32,000 nucleotides of DNA from an uncultured archaeon (GTDB lineage Archaea; Iainarchaeota; Iainarchaeia; Iainarchaeales; JAAZKV01), in contig CAZKBG010000001.1 in NCBI GenBank assembly GCA_964551375.1, forward strand, positions 660,001 to 692,000. Reading direction: 5' to 3'. A model generated the notes under the pieces. The model was not told the DNA's origin, searched no databases, and saw only the letters and a program-made list of their open reading frames with translations. Positions 7,961-15,901 of the stretch are shown one piece after another. The first letter of the stretch is position 1. Each line of letters opens with the position of its first letter. The translations under genes were made by a program, and so were the position numbers.

Positions 7961-8422
7961 ATGCAGATGGAAGGACAAGATTGGTTTTACACCCCCACGG
8001 TTAAACAACACTTCTTCAAACCCAAGCACGCTTGGATAGAAGAAAAAGATCCCAAAGGATACGACGCGCATGGAGTATACGGAAGCATGAAGTGCGGAGA
8101 CAAAATGGAAATGTGGATTAAAGTAAAAAAAGACAAAATCGTGGATTTAAAGTGGAAAACATTCGGATGCGCAAGCGCTATTGCATCAACCTCAATGCTC
8201 GCAACAATGGTTACTGAAAAAGGCGGAATGCCGATAAAAAAAGCCCTCAAACTGACTCCTATGGATATAGTGCATAGACTTGGCGGGCTACCCGCAATCA
8301 AAATACACTGCTCAATAATGGGGGACAAAGCGCTCCGCGCGGCGATATATGACTACAAAGTCAAAAACAAACGCGAAGATATTAAAGTCGACAAGCCAAT
8401 AGAAGACGAAGAGCACCACTAA
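7961..8422 (+). CDS. iscU: IscU/NifU N-terminal-type Fe-S cluster scaffold
   Basis: Three conserved Cys contexts are present: GSMKCGDKMEMWIKV, FGCASAIASTSM and IHCSIMGDKALRAAI. It lies immediately downstream of the desulfurase. Confidence 0.85.
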   Translation: MQMEGQDWFYTPTVKQHFFKPKHAWIEEKDPKGYDAHGVYGSMKCGDKMEMWIKVKKDKIVDLKWKTFGCASAIASTSMLATMVTEKGGMPIKKALKLTPMDIVHRLGGLPAIKIHCSIMGDKALRAAIYDYKVKNKREDIKVDKPIEDEEHH

Positions 8423-8540
8423 AAAATATTTAAACTTCAAAATAAAATGCGGCCCAAAAACTCATTGCTTTACGCGGGAAAAAAACCTTAAAATAAGCCA
8501 AAAAAACACTAATTTAAACCCCTTTAAACACTAATTAAGT

Positions 8541-8963
8541 ATGCCCTACACACCAAGAATACAGGCAATGAAAGCAGTCATAAAAAAGCAGGAAGCGGCG
8601 CGAGAACGGGAAGCTAAAATGCTTGCAATAAACCAAAGCTTGTACGGACATAATACAATACAAGCACAAAAACAGCAAATTAAGGCTGTAAAAGCAGAGC
8701 TTGATTTATTGTCAACAAAATGGAAACAAACAAAACTGTTCGAACTCCAAAAATCAGGAGAACTCAAATCTGAAAGACAGGCAAACCCAAACAGTCCAAA
8801 ACAAAAATATATTGAATCAATAATAAAACAGCACGAAGTAGAAAAAGAACGAATACATGAACATATGCGCCACCTTACAAAAACACTGAGACAGCTGAGA
8901 GGAGAAAAAAACGGCAATGGAAACGGGAATGGCAATGGCGGGGGAAACGGACACCCTAAATGA
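8541..8963 (+). CDS. Hypothetical K/Q/E-rich (probably coiled-coil) protein with a C-terminal Gly-Asn dipeptide repeat
   Basis: 140-aa ORF ending in GEKNGNGNGNGNGGGNGHPK. A TATA-like ATTTAAAC lies at 8512-8519 and ACTAATTA lies 3 nt before the ATG. Confidence 0.5.
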   Translation: MPYTPRIQAMKAVIKKQEAAREREAKMLAINQSLYGHNTIQAQKQQIKAVKAELDLLSTKWKQTKLFELQKSGELKSERQANPNSPKQKYIESIIKQHEVEKERIHEHMRHLTKTLRQLRGEKNGNGNGNGNGGGNGHPK

Positions 8964-8987
8964 AACTAAAAATTATTAAATTAAGGA

Positions 8988-9338
8988 ATGATACAAATGG
9001 AACTAGCACAATATATAATAGTAAACAACTCACTTGGAATGAACAAAGGAAAAATTGCGGCGCAGGCAAGCCACGCAAGCGTGTCAGTGCTTGACAAAGT
9101 CGAGGAATCAGTAATTAGCGAATGGAAAGAAAGCGGAATGAAAAAAATTGTCCTAAAAGCGCAAAACACTGAAGAGCTGCTTGCTCTTTTTGAAAAAGCA
9201 AAAAAAAGATTCCCGTGCGCTCTAATAACAGACGCTGGAAAAACTCAAATAGCCCCCGGAAGCAAAACAGCATTCGCATGCGGACCAATAGAAGAGGGGG
9301 AAGGACAGAAAATATTTGGAGAATTAAAGCTCCTTTAA
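8988..9338 (+). CDS. pth2: Peptidyl-tRNA hydrolase, archaeal/eukaryotic Pth2 type
   Basis: Has KGKIAAQASHASV, KKIVLKA and ITDAGKTQIAPGSKTAFACGP, at the typical length of about 115 aa. Confidence 0.85.
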   Translation: MIQMELAQYIIVNNSLGMNKGKIAAQASHASVSVLDKVEESVISEWKESGMKKIVLKAQNTEELLALFEKAKKRFPCALITDAGKTQIAPGSKTAFACGPIEEGEGQKIFGELKLL

Positions 9339-9411
9339 ACAAAAGTCAATTAAAAATACTCAACTAAAAAATAAAACAGCAAAACAGCTATAAAAAATTA
9401 AAAGAAAGTGA

Positions 9412-10194
9412 ATGAAAATGGTAAAAGGATTCATGCAGCACATATCAAGCCTTATTCGGCAGTCAAACCTTGTAATAGAAATAGTTGACGCAAGATACAT
9501 TGACAGAACCCGAAATTACGGACTTGAAAAAGCAGTGCTTGAACAGGGAAAACAGCTTTTAATTGTCATGAACAAAGCAGACCTTGTTGATGATAAAAAA
9601 ATTCTTGAAGCAAGAAAGGAAGAACTTGCAAAAGAAGGAAGAGGAAAAGTTTTGTTTGTTTCCGCGCTTGAAAAAGACGGAATGAATTTAATCCGAAGAG
9701 AAATAGGAATAGGAAGCCAGAAAAGAAACGAACCCATTACAATTGGAATTATAGGATACCCTAATGTCGGAAAAAGCACGCTGATTAACTCGCTCGCGGG
9801 AAAAGGAAGAGGAAGAGTGCCTACTTCAAGAAAAGCGGGACTCACAAGAGGAATAACAAGAGTAAAAATCACTGATGATATTTACCTAATTGACTCCCCT
9901 GGAATTATCCCGTTCGGAGACGAAGAATTTGACTTATTCTTAGTTGAGTCAAAAAACGCAAACCAGCTCAAGGAGCCGGAGACGGTTGCTGTGAAGCTGA
10001 TACAAACCCTTGGAAAAGAAAAAATAGGAAAATTCTACGGAATAAGCGATGAAATTATTTCTAAAAAAGATGAAGAAGAACTGCTTGAAGAAATTGCAAA
10101 AATTAAAAACATGCGCACAAAAGGCGGGGGCGGAGACGTTGGAAAAGCGGCCCGCGATGTGCTTGAAAGATACCAAAGACATGAAATAAGATAA
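9412..10194 (+). CDS. Circularly permuted GTPase of the YlqF/RbgA/YawG (ribosome biogenesis) family
   Basis: The G4 motif NKADL comes before G1 (GYPNVGKSTLINSL) and G3 (DSPGI). The N-terminal IVDARYIDRTRN is typical of the family. Confidence 0.8.
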   Translation: MKMVKGFMQHISSLIRQSNLVIEIVDARYIDRTRNYGLEKAVLEQGKQLLIVMNKADLVDDKKILEARKEELAKEGRGKVLFVSALEKDGMNLIRREIGIGSQKRNEPITIGIIGYPNVGKSTLINSLAGKGRGRVPTSRKAGLTRGITRVKITDDIYLIDSPGIIPFGDEEFDLFLVESKNANQLKEPETVAVKLIQTLGKEKIGKFYGISDEIISKKDEEELLEEIAKIKNMRTKGGGGDVGKAARDVLERYQRHEIR

Positions 10195-10238
10195 AAGCGC
10201 ATTTTGAAATTAAATTAATTTTTAGCGAGGATGAAAAA

Positions 10239-10985
10239 TTGGTTTACATAAGCAAAAAAAACAAATCAAGAGTCGCGTTTGTCGGCGGAATCGGAGTGTA
10301 CTCAAAACCAATGGTTGTTCTTGCAACCGCCGCTGACGCGAAGAAAAGAGCAACGCTTGGGGGAAAAGTCTGGAAAAGACTTCGCGGAACAATGAAGCCA
10401 ATACAGGCCCAAACACTAAGAACTGCTATTGAAAGATATCAGGGCCTTCTAAATCACGCAGGAATAAAAACAATCCAAACAAAAGTAGTAATCACCCCAG
10501 TAAAAGGAGGATATGCAGCAAACTTAATCCAGCCTTTCTTAAAACCCGAAGAACTGCTTGAACACAGGCTTAGAAGATGCAATTCAGAAGACGCAGTTGC
10601 ATATTTTAAAAAAGTCGACAAAATGATTGAAAAAATAAAAGCCCTTAACAAAACTCTTGAATACCACAAAAGCACTATACGAATAGGACTTGACTTAAAG
10701 CCCGAAAACTTTGCAGTACAGCATAAAGAAGTAAAACTGCTTGATATGTTCCCCATAATGATTACCGAAAAAGGAAGGGCAATACACGACCGGCTCGGAA
10801 TTGAGCCGATAAGCAGATTGAGGCGAACCACCGCAACCTTCTTTGGAAACACCTATATTGGAGAGGGGAAGTTTATTGAAAGACACACCACTCCTTCGGC
10901 AATGAAGGCAAGACTTGTGAGAAAATTTGCAGCAGTAAGACCAGAACTTAGAAAAGAATTTGAAGAAGTGGCATACAGAATATAA
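10239..10985 (+). CDS. Hypothetical protein with protein-kinase-like catalytic-loop motifs (minimal ePK-like fold candidate)
   Basis: GLDLKPENFAV is followed 17 residues later by LLDMFP, which matches the HRDLKPEN ... DFG spacing. About 150 aa precede it, the size of an N-lobe. The start is uncertain: TTG 10239 with GAGGA upstream, or ATG 10311. Confidence 0.5.
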   Translation: MVYISKKNKSRVAFVGGIGVYSKPMVVLATAADAKKRATLGGKVWKRLRGTMKPIQAQTLRTAIERYQGLLNHAGIKTIQTKVVITPVKGGYAANLIQPFLKPEELLEHRLRRCNSEDAVAYFKKVDKMIEKIKALNKTLEYHKSTIRIGLDLKPENFAVQHKEVKLLDMFPIMITEKGRAIHDRLGIEPISRLRRTTATFFGNTYIGEGKFIERHTTPSAMKARLVRKFAAVRPELRKEFEEVAYRI

Positions 10986-11008
10986 AATTTGATAGAAAAA
11001 GTAAAAAA

Positions 11009-11125
11009 CTAAAGATGCTTTAAGTGCTCAATTATCTGCTTTAGCGCAACCTTCTTTTTTATTGAGCTTTCCTTCTCTAGTCGAAGCTTAAGCTCGTGAA
11101 TTATATCATCATTTGTGAGTCTCAT
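11009..11125 (-). CDS. Possible small ORF (38 aa), hypothetical
   Basis: MRLTNDDIIHELKLRLEKESSIKKKVALKQIIEHLKHL, with ATG preceded by GGGAGGG at about 9-nt spacing. It lies downstream of and co-directional with the methyltransferase. It is below the ORF-track length cutoff. Confidence 0.25.
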   Translation of the reverse strand: MRLTNDDIIHELKLRLEKESSIKKKVALKQIIEHLKHL

Positions 11126-11178
11126 AAAAAAGACCCTCCCAGAAAGAGTTAAAAGATTTGCTGGAGTGCGATTTTTGC

Positions 11179-11976
11179 TCATTTCTCCGCAATTACCAAA
11201 ACTTCCTCGTCAAAAACAACGCCATTCTTTGAGCCTTTCATAAAGAGCGAAAGCGCCTGCGACTGAACATTTTGAGGAATAAGCCCAAAATCGCTAAGAG
11301 CAACAACTTCAAGCACGTCCCTGCCGTTTTTAGTAAACCCTGTTGAATCAAAAATACCTGAATAACTAATTTTCCAATTAAAAACGCTTGTCAAAAAACC
11401 ACTCTCTTCAAGATGAGAAATTACAGAATCAACTTCATTTCTTTTCTCGCTGCTTTCTGAGTCATTAACCTGCTTTATTTTTTTAAGAATAGAATCAGAA
11501 CTATTTGAAACAACAAATACTTTGCCCCCTTTGGAAAGAAGCGAAGAAATGCTTGAAATATACTTTTTATCCCTGAATGTATAAATGCTGTGAATCAAAA
11601 AAATCAAGTCAAACTTTTCCTGCGAAATAAAATCCTCAAACTTAGACGGGCGGAGCTTTATTTTTGACTTTTTGAAATCGCTTGAGAGAAGAAGCGCTCT
11701 TGCAAATGCCTTTGAAGGCTCAACAACTGTAGCTGAAACAATAAAACCCCTTTCTTTTAAAAGAGAAATAATTTTCTTCAGCCGAGCCGCATCCCCTCCG
11801 CCAATATCAAGAATATTCAACTGCTCTTTTTGAGGCAAAAAAGGAACAATCCTATCAAAAAGCTCTTTTACTAAATTATCATCTTTTCCGTAAAGGATTT
11901 CCTTAAAACGGGCATACTTTGCCGCGCCTACATCTGAAGAGAAAAAATCCAAATACTGCTGTTTAACATCCTGCAT
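11179..11976 (-). CDS. Class I SAM-dependent methyltransferase
   Basis: Motif I is ILDIGGGDAARL, followed by the acidic post-I residue region VVEPS and FDLIFLIHSIY. Confidence 0.75.
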   Translation of the reverse strand: MQDVKQQYLDFFSSDVGAAKYARFKEILYGKDDNLVKELFDRIVPFLPQKEQLNILDIGGGDAARLKKIISLLKERGFIVSATVVEPSKAFARALLLSSDFKKSKIKLRPSKFEDFISQEKFDLIFLIHSIYTFRDKKYISSISSLLSKGGKVFVVSNSSDSILKKIKQVNDSESSEKRNEVDSVISHLEESGFLTSVFNWKISYSGIFDSTGFTKNGRDVLEVVALSDFGLIPQNVQSQALSLFMKGSKNGVVFDEEVLVIAEK

Positions 11977-12022
11977 AAATTAACTAACTCCAAAAATATT
12001 AAAAAAATACTCCGCTGCAGGA

Positions 12023-12415
12023 TTAAGGTGAAGAGGAAAGAATATCAAGAGTTGTTGAGCCCTTTTTTGCTTCCGCAAGAGAAATCATAAAATTTTTTCC
12101 CGCATTATGAAAGTGCTCAAATTTAACAAAAAGCCACCCTTCCCTTGGAATTTTCCAAGCAATAAAAAATTCGGCTCCAGCAACCTTCGCCCAATTTACT
12201 TCATCATTCATTGTCACAACAGGAATTGCCAAATGCTCGCCCTTCCACGCTTTGCACTCAAAAGCAAGAATCCTCCCTGATTTAATCGCAACAACATCAG
12301 GACTGGGAAGAGGCGAAACTCCGGAACCCGCGACTCTAAGAACCGCAAAACCCCTGTCAAAAAGAACTTTAATCAACTCGCGTTCCGCGTTTGCGCCTTT
12401 ATTATAATGAGCCAT
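12023..12415 (-). CDS. hjc: Archaeal Holliday junction resolvase Hjc
   Basis: Has KGANAERELIKVLFDRGFAVLRVAGSG...PDVVAIK...ILAFECKAWKG (restriction-endonuclease-like E..D..ExK core), about 130 aa, with GGTGA 4 nt before the ATG. Confidence 0.85.
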   Translation of the reverse strand: MAHYNKGANAERELIKVLFDRGFAVLRVAGSGVSPLPSPDVVAIKSGRILAFECKAWKGEHLAIPVVTMNDEVNWAKVAGAEFFIAWKIPREGWLFVKFEHFHNAGKNFMISLAEAKKGSTTLDILSSSP

Positions 12416-12424
12416 TATTTCACC

Positions 12425-12607
12425 TTAAACGTAGCGTCCTCTGCCGGACTTATTATCCTTTTTTGACAAATCAATCATTGCATTATTCTTAGAATTTCTA
12501 TCTTTTGAAGTAATTTTCTTATCAGTTCCACATCTTTCCAAATTACGCGCATTGAGAAACTTTCTTCTAAGCTTTCTGGCTTCATTAAGCGAATTCTTTG
12601 TTTCCAT
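12425..12607 (-). CDS. Possible small basic hypothetical protein (60 aa)
   Basis: This is the ATG-initiated part (METKNSLNEARKLRRKF...) of the track ORF 12425..12679. A TATA-like TTTTAAGT lies about 24 nt upstream, and the stop is 7 nt before the Hjc start. Confidence 0.3.
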   Translation of the reverse strand: METKNSLNEARKLRRKFLNARNLERCGTDKKITSKDRNSKNNAMIDLSKKDNKSGRGRYV

Positions 12608-12644
12608 AAACAACACATATACATTTGAGTACTTAAAATCACCT

Positions 12645-12676
12645 AAAAAAAGAAAAGAAAGGGGAGGCAAGTCCCC
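12645..12676 (-). terminator. Terminator-like hairpin plus T-rich tract downstream of the 54-aa ORF
   Basis: Read on the minus strand: GGGGA-CTTGCC-TCCCC followed by TTTCTTTTCTTTTTTT. It begins 11 nt after the stop at 12688. Confidence 0.4.
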
Positions 12677-12687
12677 CAAACTTTTAA

Positions 12688-12852
12688 TTACTTTAAAGCT
12701 CTGCCAACCTTTCGAACAGAAGAAAGCTCTACGTCCTTATCCTGCAAAAGGTTAACCTTGGCATTGTAAGCCCACTTCTTGAGCTTCTTACCAATCGGAT
12801 GCCTTGAGCCATCGCCGGGGTTTGTGGTCCCCTCATAAGCAAACTTACTCAT
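12688..12852 (-). CDS. Small ORF (54 aa), hypothetical, not in the ORF track
   Basis: MSKFAYEGTTNPGDGSRHPIGKKLKKWAYNAKVNLLQDKDVELSSVRKVGRALK. A strong SD, GGAGTGAGGT, ends 7 nt before the ATG. It has its own TATA-like box upstream and its own hairpin plus T-tract downstream. Confidence 0.45.
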   Translation of the reverse strand: MSKFAYEGTTNPGDGSRHPIGKKLKKWAYNAKVNLLQDKDVELSSVRKVGRALK

Positions 12853-13021
12853 ACACACTACCTCACTCCTTTTAGGCTACAATTAGGTTTAAATTCCCTT
12901 CATTTAACTCAATTCTAGGACAAAAGACCTTAATGGTTAAGGTAATGCCCTAAAAAGGCATTTTTGAACAAAAAGCTCCTTTTGAAAAAGGAAGGCTTTT
13001 TTGGAAAGGTTTGTGTTTTGA

Positions 13022-13291
13022 GTGGAAACAATAATCAAAGCAAAAATCAGCACAGGAAAACAAGAATTTACCGTAGCAATGGACAAGGACAATGATTTTT
13101 TAGTTGTTAATGCTACAAAGAGACCTGAAAACAACAAAGTGAATACTGAAATAGTCAAAGAACTAACAAAAAAACTGAAAGCTGATGTAGAAATTGTTTC
13201 CGGATTTAAGAACAGAGAAAAAGTACTTAAAATCAGTCTTGGAAGAGAAGAACTTCTAAGAAAATTGGATACACAAGCTAATTCTAAATAA
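13022..13291 (+). CDS. DUF167/YggU-family (UPF0235) small protein
   Basis: ...VVNATKRPENNKVNTEIVKELTKKLKADVEIVSGFKNREKVLKI matches the P..GKAN..L...L...L.....V.I..G..SR.K...I pattern. GTG start. Confidence 0.6.
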   Translation: METIIKAKISTGKQEFTVAMDKDNDFLVVNATKRPENNKVNTEIVKELTKKLKADVEIVSGFKNREKVLKISLGREELLRKLDTQANSK

Positions 13292-13358
13292 CCAAGAAGG
13301 AAAAACAGACCAGAAGGTTTGTTGCTTTACAGAATTAAAAAATGGAGAAGTGAATAAT

Positions 13359-14786
13359 ATGGCAAAGACATACTTAAGCGCAGTAAAATACGAAGTGCTG
13401 GCTAATTATGAAGTACAAGGGGTTGTAGAAAAACCTGATATTGTGGGCGCAATATTTGGACAATGCGAAGGACTTTTAGGCGAAGACATGGACCTAAAAG
13501 AATTACAGCAAAGCGGTAAAATCGGAAGAATTGAAATTACTGTTAAAAAAGGAAAAGGAACAACAATGGGAGAAATAATTATCCCAAGCTCGCTTGACCA
13601 GGTAAAGACAAGCATTTTAGCAGCAACAATTGAAACTGTTGAAAAAGTTGGGCCGTTTGAAGCAAAAGTAAAAGTGCTGAAAATCGGAGACACAAGAAAA
13701 GAAAAAAGAGAAAGCATCACTGACAGAGCAAAAGAACTTCTAAAAACAATGCAGAAGTTTGAAGGCGCTGAAAGCAGCGAAATAGCTCAAAATATCAAAA
13801 CTGAAATACGAACAGAAAAAATCGTGAACTACAACGGACTGCAGGCAGGACCAGAAATTGATTCAAGCCCAGAAATCATTGTAGTGGAAGGAAGAGCTGA
13901 CGTATTAAAGCTTTTAAAATTCGGAATCAACAACGCAGTTGCAATGAACGGCGGAAATATAGACGCTCCTTTAATCGGACTATGCAAGCAAAAAGTAGTA
14001 ACACTACTAATTGACGGAGACAGAGGCGGAGAATTAAACGCTAAAAAACTTGCATCTCTGACAAAAGTAGACTTTGTTGCAAAAGCACCTGACGGAAAAG
14101 AAGTGGAGGAACTAGAGCAGAAAGAAATATTACAAGCTCTAAAGCGAAAAGTTCCATACGCTGAAGCATTCACAGGAAGAGAATCTGCACAAACTGAAGA
14201 CTCAAGGACCGGAGGATTCAGACCTGAGTTCAGACCAAGGCACGAAAGAAGCTTTGAAAGAAGAGACAACTTTAGAAACGACACTAGACCAATGAGAAAC
14301 GACAACAGAGGATTCGCGCCAAGAGGAAACTTTAGGCAGAGCTACCAAAGCAACGGATTCGCGCCAAGAAACGACAGAGGATTCCAAGGAAGAGACAACT
14401 TTAGAGGAAACTTCAATCCAAGCTTTGAAAGAAGAGGATTCCAAGGAAGAGACAACTTTTCAAACGGATTCGCGCCACAACCAGCAATGCAAAGACAAGA
14501 AGCAATCCCTGAAGCACTAAAAGCAATGCAGAAAGACTTTGAAAAACTGAAGGGAAAATCAAAGGCAAGACTGCTTGACGAGAAAAACAAAAAAATCAAG
14601 GATGTTGAAGTAAAAGACTTGCTTGAAACTCTTCAGAAGACAAAGAAAAAAGTAGGGACAATAATGTTTGATGGAATAATCACAAACAGACTTGTTGAAG
14701 CTGCTGAAGCTAAAGAAGTAGCGACAATAATCGGAGTAAAAAAAGGAAATGTGAATCCACAGAAAGTAAAAACGTACACAATGTAA
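13359..14786 (+). CDS. dnaG: Archaeal DnaG (Toprim-domain primase-like, exosome-associated) with an internal low-complexity insertion
   Basis: The N-terminus AKTYLSAVKYEVLANYEVQGVVEKPDIVGAIFGQCEGLLG is typical of archaeal DnaG. The Toprim motifs are IIVVEGRADVLKLLKFGINNAVAMNG and LIDGDRGG. ATG 13359 has GGAGAAGTGA upstream. Confidence 0.85.
   Translation: MAKTYLSAVKYEVLANYEVQGVVEKPDIVGAIFGQCEGLLGEDMDLKELQQSGKIGRIEITVKKGKGTTMGEIIIPSSLDQVKTSILAATIETVEKVGPFEAKVKVLKIGDTRKEKRESITDRAKELLKTMQKFEGAESSEIAQNIKTEIRTEKIVNYNGLQAGPEIDSSPEIIVVEGRADVLKLLKFGINNAVAMNGGNIDAPLIGLCKQKVVTLLIDGDRGGELNAKKLASLTKVDFVAKAPDGKEVEELEQKEILQALKRKVPYAEAFTGRESAQTEDSRTGGFRPEFRPRHERSFERRDNFRNDTRPMRNDNRGFAPRGNFRQSYQSNGFAPRNDRGFQGRDNFRGNFNPSFERRGFQGRDNFSNGFAPQPAMQRQEAIPEALKAMQKDFEKLKGKSKARLLDEKNKKIKDVEVKDLLETLQKTKKKVGTIMFDGIITNRLVEAAEAKEVATIIGVKKGNVNPQKVKTYTM
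14204..14483 (+). repeat. Imperfect tandem coding repeats (R/G/F/N-rich region inside DnaG)
   Basis: GGATTCGCGCCAAGA occurs at 14310 and 14355, with GGATTCGCGCCA again at 14466. AGAGGATTCCAAGGAAGAGACAACTTT occurs at 14376-14402 and 14433-14459. These encode RGFAPR / RGFQGRDNF units. Confidence 0.85.
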
Positions 14787-14810
14787 AATAAAAAAATTAA
14801 GAATTAAATA

Positions 14811-14845
14811 AGTGAAGGAAAAATTCCTTCACTTCTAAATTTTTT
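14811..14845 (+). terminator. Terminator-like hairpin plus T-run after dnaG (convergent intergenic region)
   Basis: AGTGAAGGA-AAAAT-TCCTTCACT is a 9-bp perfect stem, followed by TCTAAATTTTTT. A second hairpin, GCAAAAC-CTTT-GTTTTGC, lies at 14850-14867. Confidence 0.5.
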
Positions 14846-14911
14846 CATTGCAAAACCTTTGTTTTGCGATGCCTTGCAAAAATCATTAAATTTTCGCCAG
14901 GTTAAAAAAAT

Positions 14912-15364
14912 TTATTTTCTCTTTAGAGATCTAACTGCATGCTCAACTTCTTCAATCGGAATTACTATTGCTTTATTGAAAAGCAAGAATAGTGCCAACA
15001 TGAATAGTGCGGCCCACAAGAAGAACCAAGCTATAGGCTCAACTAATGCTGTCGCTATCTGACGCGTAGTCATATTCTTCTGCATAGCAGGAATCTGAGC
15101 GCCAGTTAACTCATATAATGAAGATTTACAATCACTATAGCGCATCTGCGCAAGCAACTGGTCAGTTGCGGAGAGGTTCTCTAACTCCTTCACACCCGAA
15201 AATTCAACACACTTGTTGAAATCGCGCACAGACTGCCATGAATCAAACATCACTGCAGCGGATTTTACTAGCATAAGCACCGTAATTATCCCAATGAAGA
15301 CACCAGCTATCTGAGCCCATTGAAAATCTCGCGAGCCAAGCTTTACTAAAATTGTTTTGCGCAA
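14912..15364 (-). CDS. Hypothetical membrane protein (two predicted TM segments)
   Basis: The hydrophobic stretches are WAQIAGVFIGIITVLMLV and IAWFFLWAALFMLALFLLF. The track start is non-ATG, so the true start is uncertain. Confidence 0.5.
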   Translation of the reverse strand: MRKTILVKLGSRDFQWAQIAGVFIGIITVLMLVKSAAVMFDSWQSVRDFNKCVEFSGVKELENLSATDQLLAQMRYSDCKSSLYELTGAQIPAMQKNMTTRQIATALVEPIAWFFLWAALFMLALFLLFNKAIVIPIEEVEHAVRSLKRK

Positions 15365-15427
15365 AACATCACCTATGAGTAGTAAGCGGAAAACTGCTAT
15401 ATAAACCTTTTTACCGCAAAATAAAGC

Positions 15428-15817
15428 ATGAACAAAACAATATTTGAAGAAGACACAACTGGCAAGGAATTTGATAAATTAAAACGCGTGTTTATGAAAA
15501 TATTCAAAGAAATACAAAAAAAAGAATTTATTTTTACAGAAGGGCTGCAAAAAAGAAAAAACTATTACATTGACATGAATTACAACGGAAAAGTAAAAAG
15601 CGTGATGATAATTGAAGATAAAAAAATTGAAGAATACAAAAACTGGTGGGCAAATAATAAAAACGCTGTGGGATTTAGCGTTCTGGCAACTAATTACGGC
15701 GAAGAAGAAGTAAGAATTGGATGCTTTGGGGCAAGCCACAACCTGCTACAAAAGACGCTTGCTAATTCCACGAAAAGAACGCTAAGCTATCGGCTTGCCA
15801 AAAGAAGCAGAAAGTAA
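15428..15817 (+). CDS. Hypothetical protein (129 aa)
   Basis: ATG-initiated ORF in an otherwise unoccupied interval. No motif recognised. Confidence 0.45.
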   Translation: MNKTIFEEDTTGKEFDKLKRVFMKIFKEIQKKEFIFTEGLQKRKNYYIDMNYNGKVKSVMIIEDKKIEEYKNWWANNKNAVGFSVLATNYGEEEVRIGCFGASHNLLQKTLANSTKRTLSYRLAKRSRK

Positions 15818-15860
15818 GAATGCTCCAAAAACTGCTGGAAAAAAGAAGAAAATAGTGCTT

Positions 15861-15868
15861 TTTTAAAC
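15861..15868 (+). promoter_or_regulatory. TATA-like box for tRNA-Val
   Basis: TTTTAAAC ends 33 nt upstream of the mature tRNA 5' end. Confidence 0.4.
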
Positions 15869-15901
15869 ATTACTCAAACTAACTTAACTACAGAAGAAGT
15901 T

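Noticed and set aside
8910-8950. Short tandem repeats (GN-coding), together with the DnaG repeats, considered as possible CRISPR or satellite arrays
   Set aside because: The units are 6-27 nt, in-frame, inside ORFs and have no unique spacers. No CRISPR-like repeat-spacer periodicity occurs anywhere in the window.
12608-12679. TTG-initiated N-terminal extension (MGDLPPLSFLFLGDFKYSNVYVLF) of the track ORF 12425..12679
   Set aside because: The extension runs through the hairpin and T-tract that follow the upstream 54-aa ORF, and it overlaps a TATA-like box. ATG 12607 is the more plausible start, if the ORF is real at all.
13406-14599. Minus-strand ORFs (104, 158, 80 and 85 aa) within dnaG, some with internally repetitive S/V/W-rich sequence
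   Set aside because: They are antisense to a confidently identified DnaG. The repetitiveness is the reverse complement of the RGF repeat DNA.
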